DNA of 63,853 nucleotides, filler included, from Octopus bimaculoides (taxonomy: Eukaryota): assembly GCF_001194135.2 (NCBI RefSeq). It is 6 parts of 6 records of this genome, joined end to end, with 100 filler letters (N's around TTAATTAATTAA, not from the genome) between each part and the next. Parts side by side here need not be neighbours in the genome. Positions count along the whole stretch, not along the records: positions 62,505 to 63,853 come from NW_026299345.1; 5 more parts are not named here. The stretch is one strand, 5' to 3'. The translations under genes were made by a program, and so were the position numbers. Shown piece by piece: positions 62,505-63,853 of this stretch (positions are counted from its first letter, which is position 1; the number at the start of each line of letters is the position of its first letter). The notes beneath the pieces were generated by a model that saw only the letters and a list, made by a program, of their open reading frames with translations, made no database searches and was not told the DNA's origin.

Positions 62505-63853
62505 TTCAGACATTCAGATACTTTTCACTTTTGTGACAAATATTTTTCAATTTGAAATCTAATGTGTTAATATATGTTACATGTTTGATGTGAAGATTAT
62601 ATATATCAATGATTTCACTGAAATCAAAATGTTTCTCACAAGATACAATGTCAAAAATATTGCAAATAAGCATGACAAAAGAGAAAATGTGAAAATGAAA
62701 ATTTCATGTTTTCCAGTTGTCTTTTCACACAATAAGATACTTTTCATTTTTGCGACAAACACTTTTTAATTTGAAATCTAATGGGTCAATATACGTTAGA
62801 TAATTAATGAGAGGATAATATTTAACAAATCGTGTTCACTAAAATCACAACGTTTCTCACAAAACACAGTCACAAATATTGCAAATAAGCATGAAAAATA
62901 GAGAATATTTCAAAATTAATATTTCATATTTTCCAGTTGTCATTTCAAACATTCAAATACTTTTCACGTTTGTGGCAAATATTTTTCAATTTGTAATGTA
63001 ATGGGTTAATATTCGTTAGATGATTGACGAGAAGATTATAATTATCAAAGAGTTCACTAAAATCAAAATGTTTCACACAAAATACAATGTCAAAAACATT
63101 GCAAATAAGCATGACAAAAGAGAAAATTTGTAAACGAAAATTTCATGTTTCCAGTTGTCTTTTCACACGTTAAGATACTTTTCATTTTTGCGACAAAAAC
63201 TTTTCATTTTGAAATCTAATGCGTTAATATGTTACATGTTTGATGTGAAGATTATATTTATCAATGATTTCACTGAAATCAAAACGTTTGTCACAAAATA
63301 CAATATCAAAATCATTGCAAAAGAGAAAATTTGAAAATGAAAATTTCATGCATCCAGTTGTCTTTTGACACATTAACATGCGTTTCACTTTTGTGACAAA
63401 CAAATTTCAGTTTGAAATTGAATGGGTTTAATATACGGTAGATGATTGACAAGAAGATTATATTTATCAAAGAGTTCACTGAAATCAAAACGTTTCTCAC
63501 AAAACACAATATCAAAAACATTGCGAATAAGCATGACAAAAGAGAAAATTTGAAAATGAAAATTTCATGTTTTCCAGTTGTCTTTTCACACATTAAGGTA
63601 CTTTTCATTTTTGCGACAAACACTTTTTAATTTGAAATCTAATGGGTTAATATACGTTAGATGATTGATGAGAAGATAATATTTAACAAAACGAGTTCAA
63701 TAAAATCACAACGTTTCTCACAAAATACCGTCACAAATATTGCAAATAAGCATGAAAAAAACAGAAAATTTCAAAATGAAAATTTCACGTTTTCCAGTTG
63801 TTTTTTCAGACATTCAGATACTTTTCACTTTTGTGACAAATATTTTTCAATTT
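62505..63853. repeat. AT-rich tandem satellite, ~220-bp monomer, at least 6 units
   Basis: The anchor ttttcaYtttt recurs at 62522, 62741, 62961, 63179, 63382, 63602 and 63822. Array runs off the window end. Confidence 0.95.

Noticed and set aside
62577-63630. Similar 60-100-aa ORFs in the terminal region as a gene family
   Set aside because: They are translations of satellite monomers.

Overview
Repeat-dominated, gappy eukaryotic DNA with a heavy microsatellite load. The SINE/RTE repertoire suggests an Octopus genome (inference). No intact protein-coding gene, rRNA, tRNA gene or CRISPR array can be supported. Most ORFs in the track are translated microsatellites or N-gaps. The window is six assembly pieces joined by artificial 100-nt N44-TTAATTAATTAA-N44 linkers. 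Identifiable content: three tRNA-derived SINE families, R4/Dong-like RLE LINE relics (RT, CCHC knuckle, PD-(D/E)xK nuclease), RTE and CR1/L2-type LINE relics, a Penelope-like relic, two DD34D-type mariner relics, two maT-like Tc1/mariner relics, several MITEs, and a ~220-bp satellite. The main leads are: (1) an R4-like LINE family whose copies end in, and sit inside, (CATA)n microsatellites; (2) a 21-nt 3'-terminal motif with identical spacing in that LINE and in the most abundant SINE, suggesting a LINE-SINE partnership; (3) a 28-kb CpG-depleted block that probably lies inside a methylated gene whose exons I could not identify; (4) a possible 1.3-kb higher-order satellite unit. All family assignments are by eye from motifs; no database searches were run.
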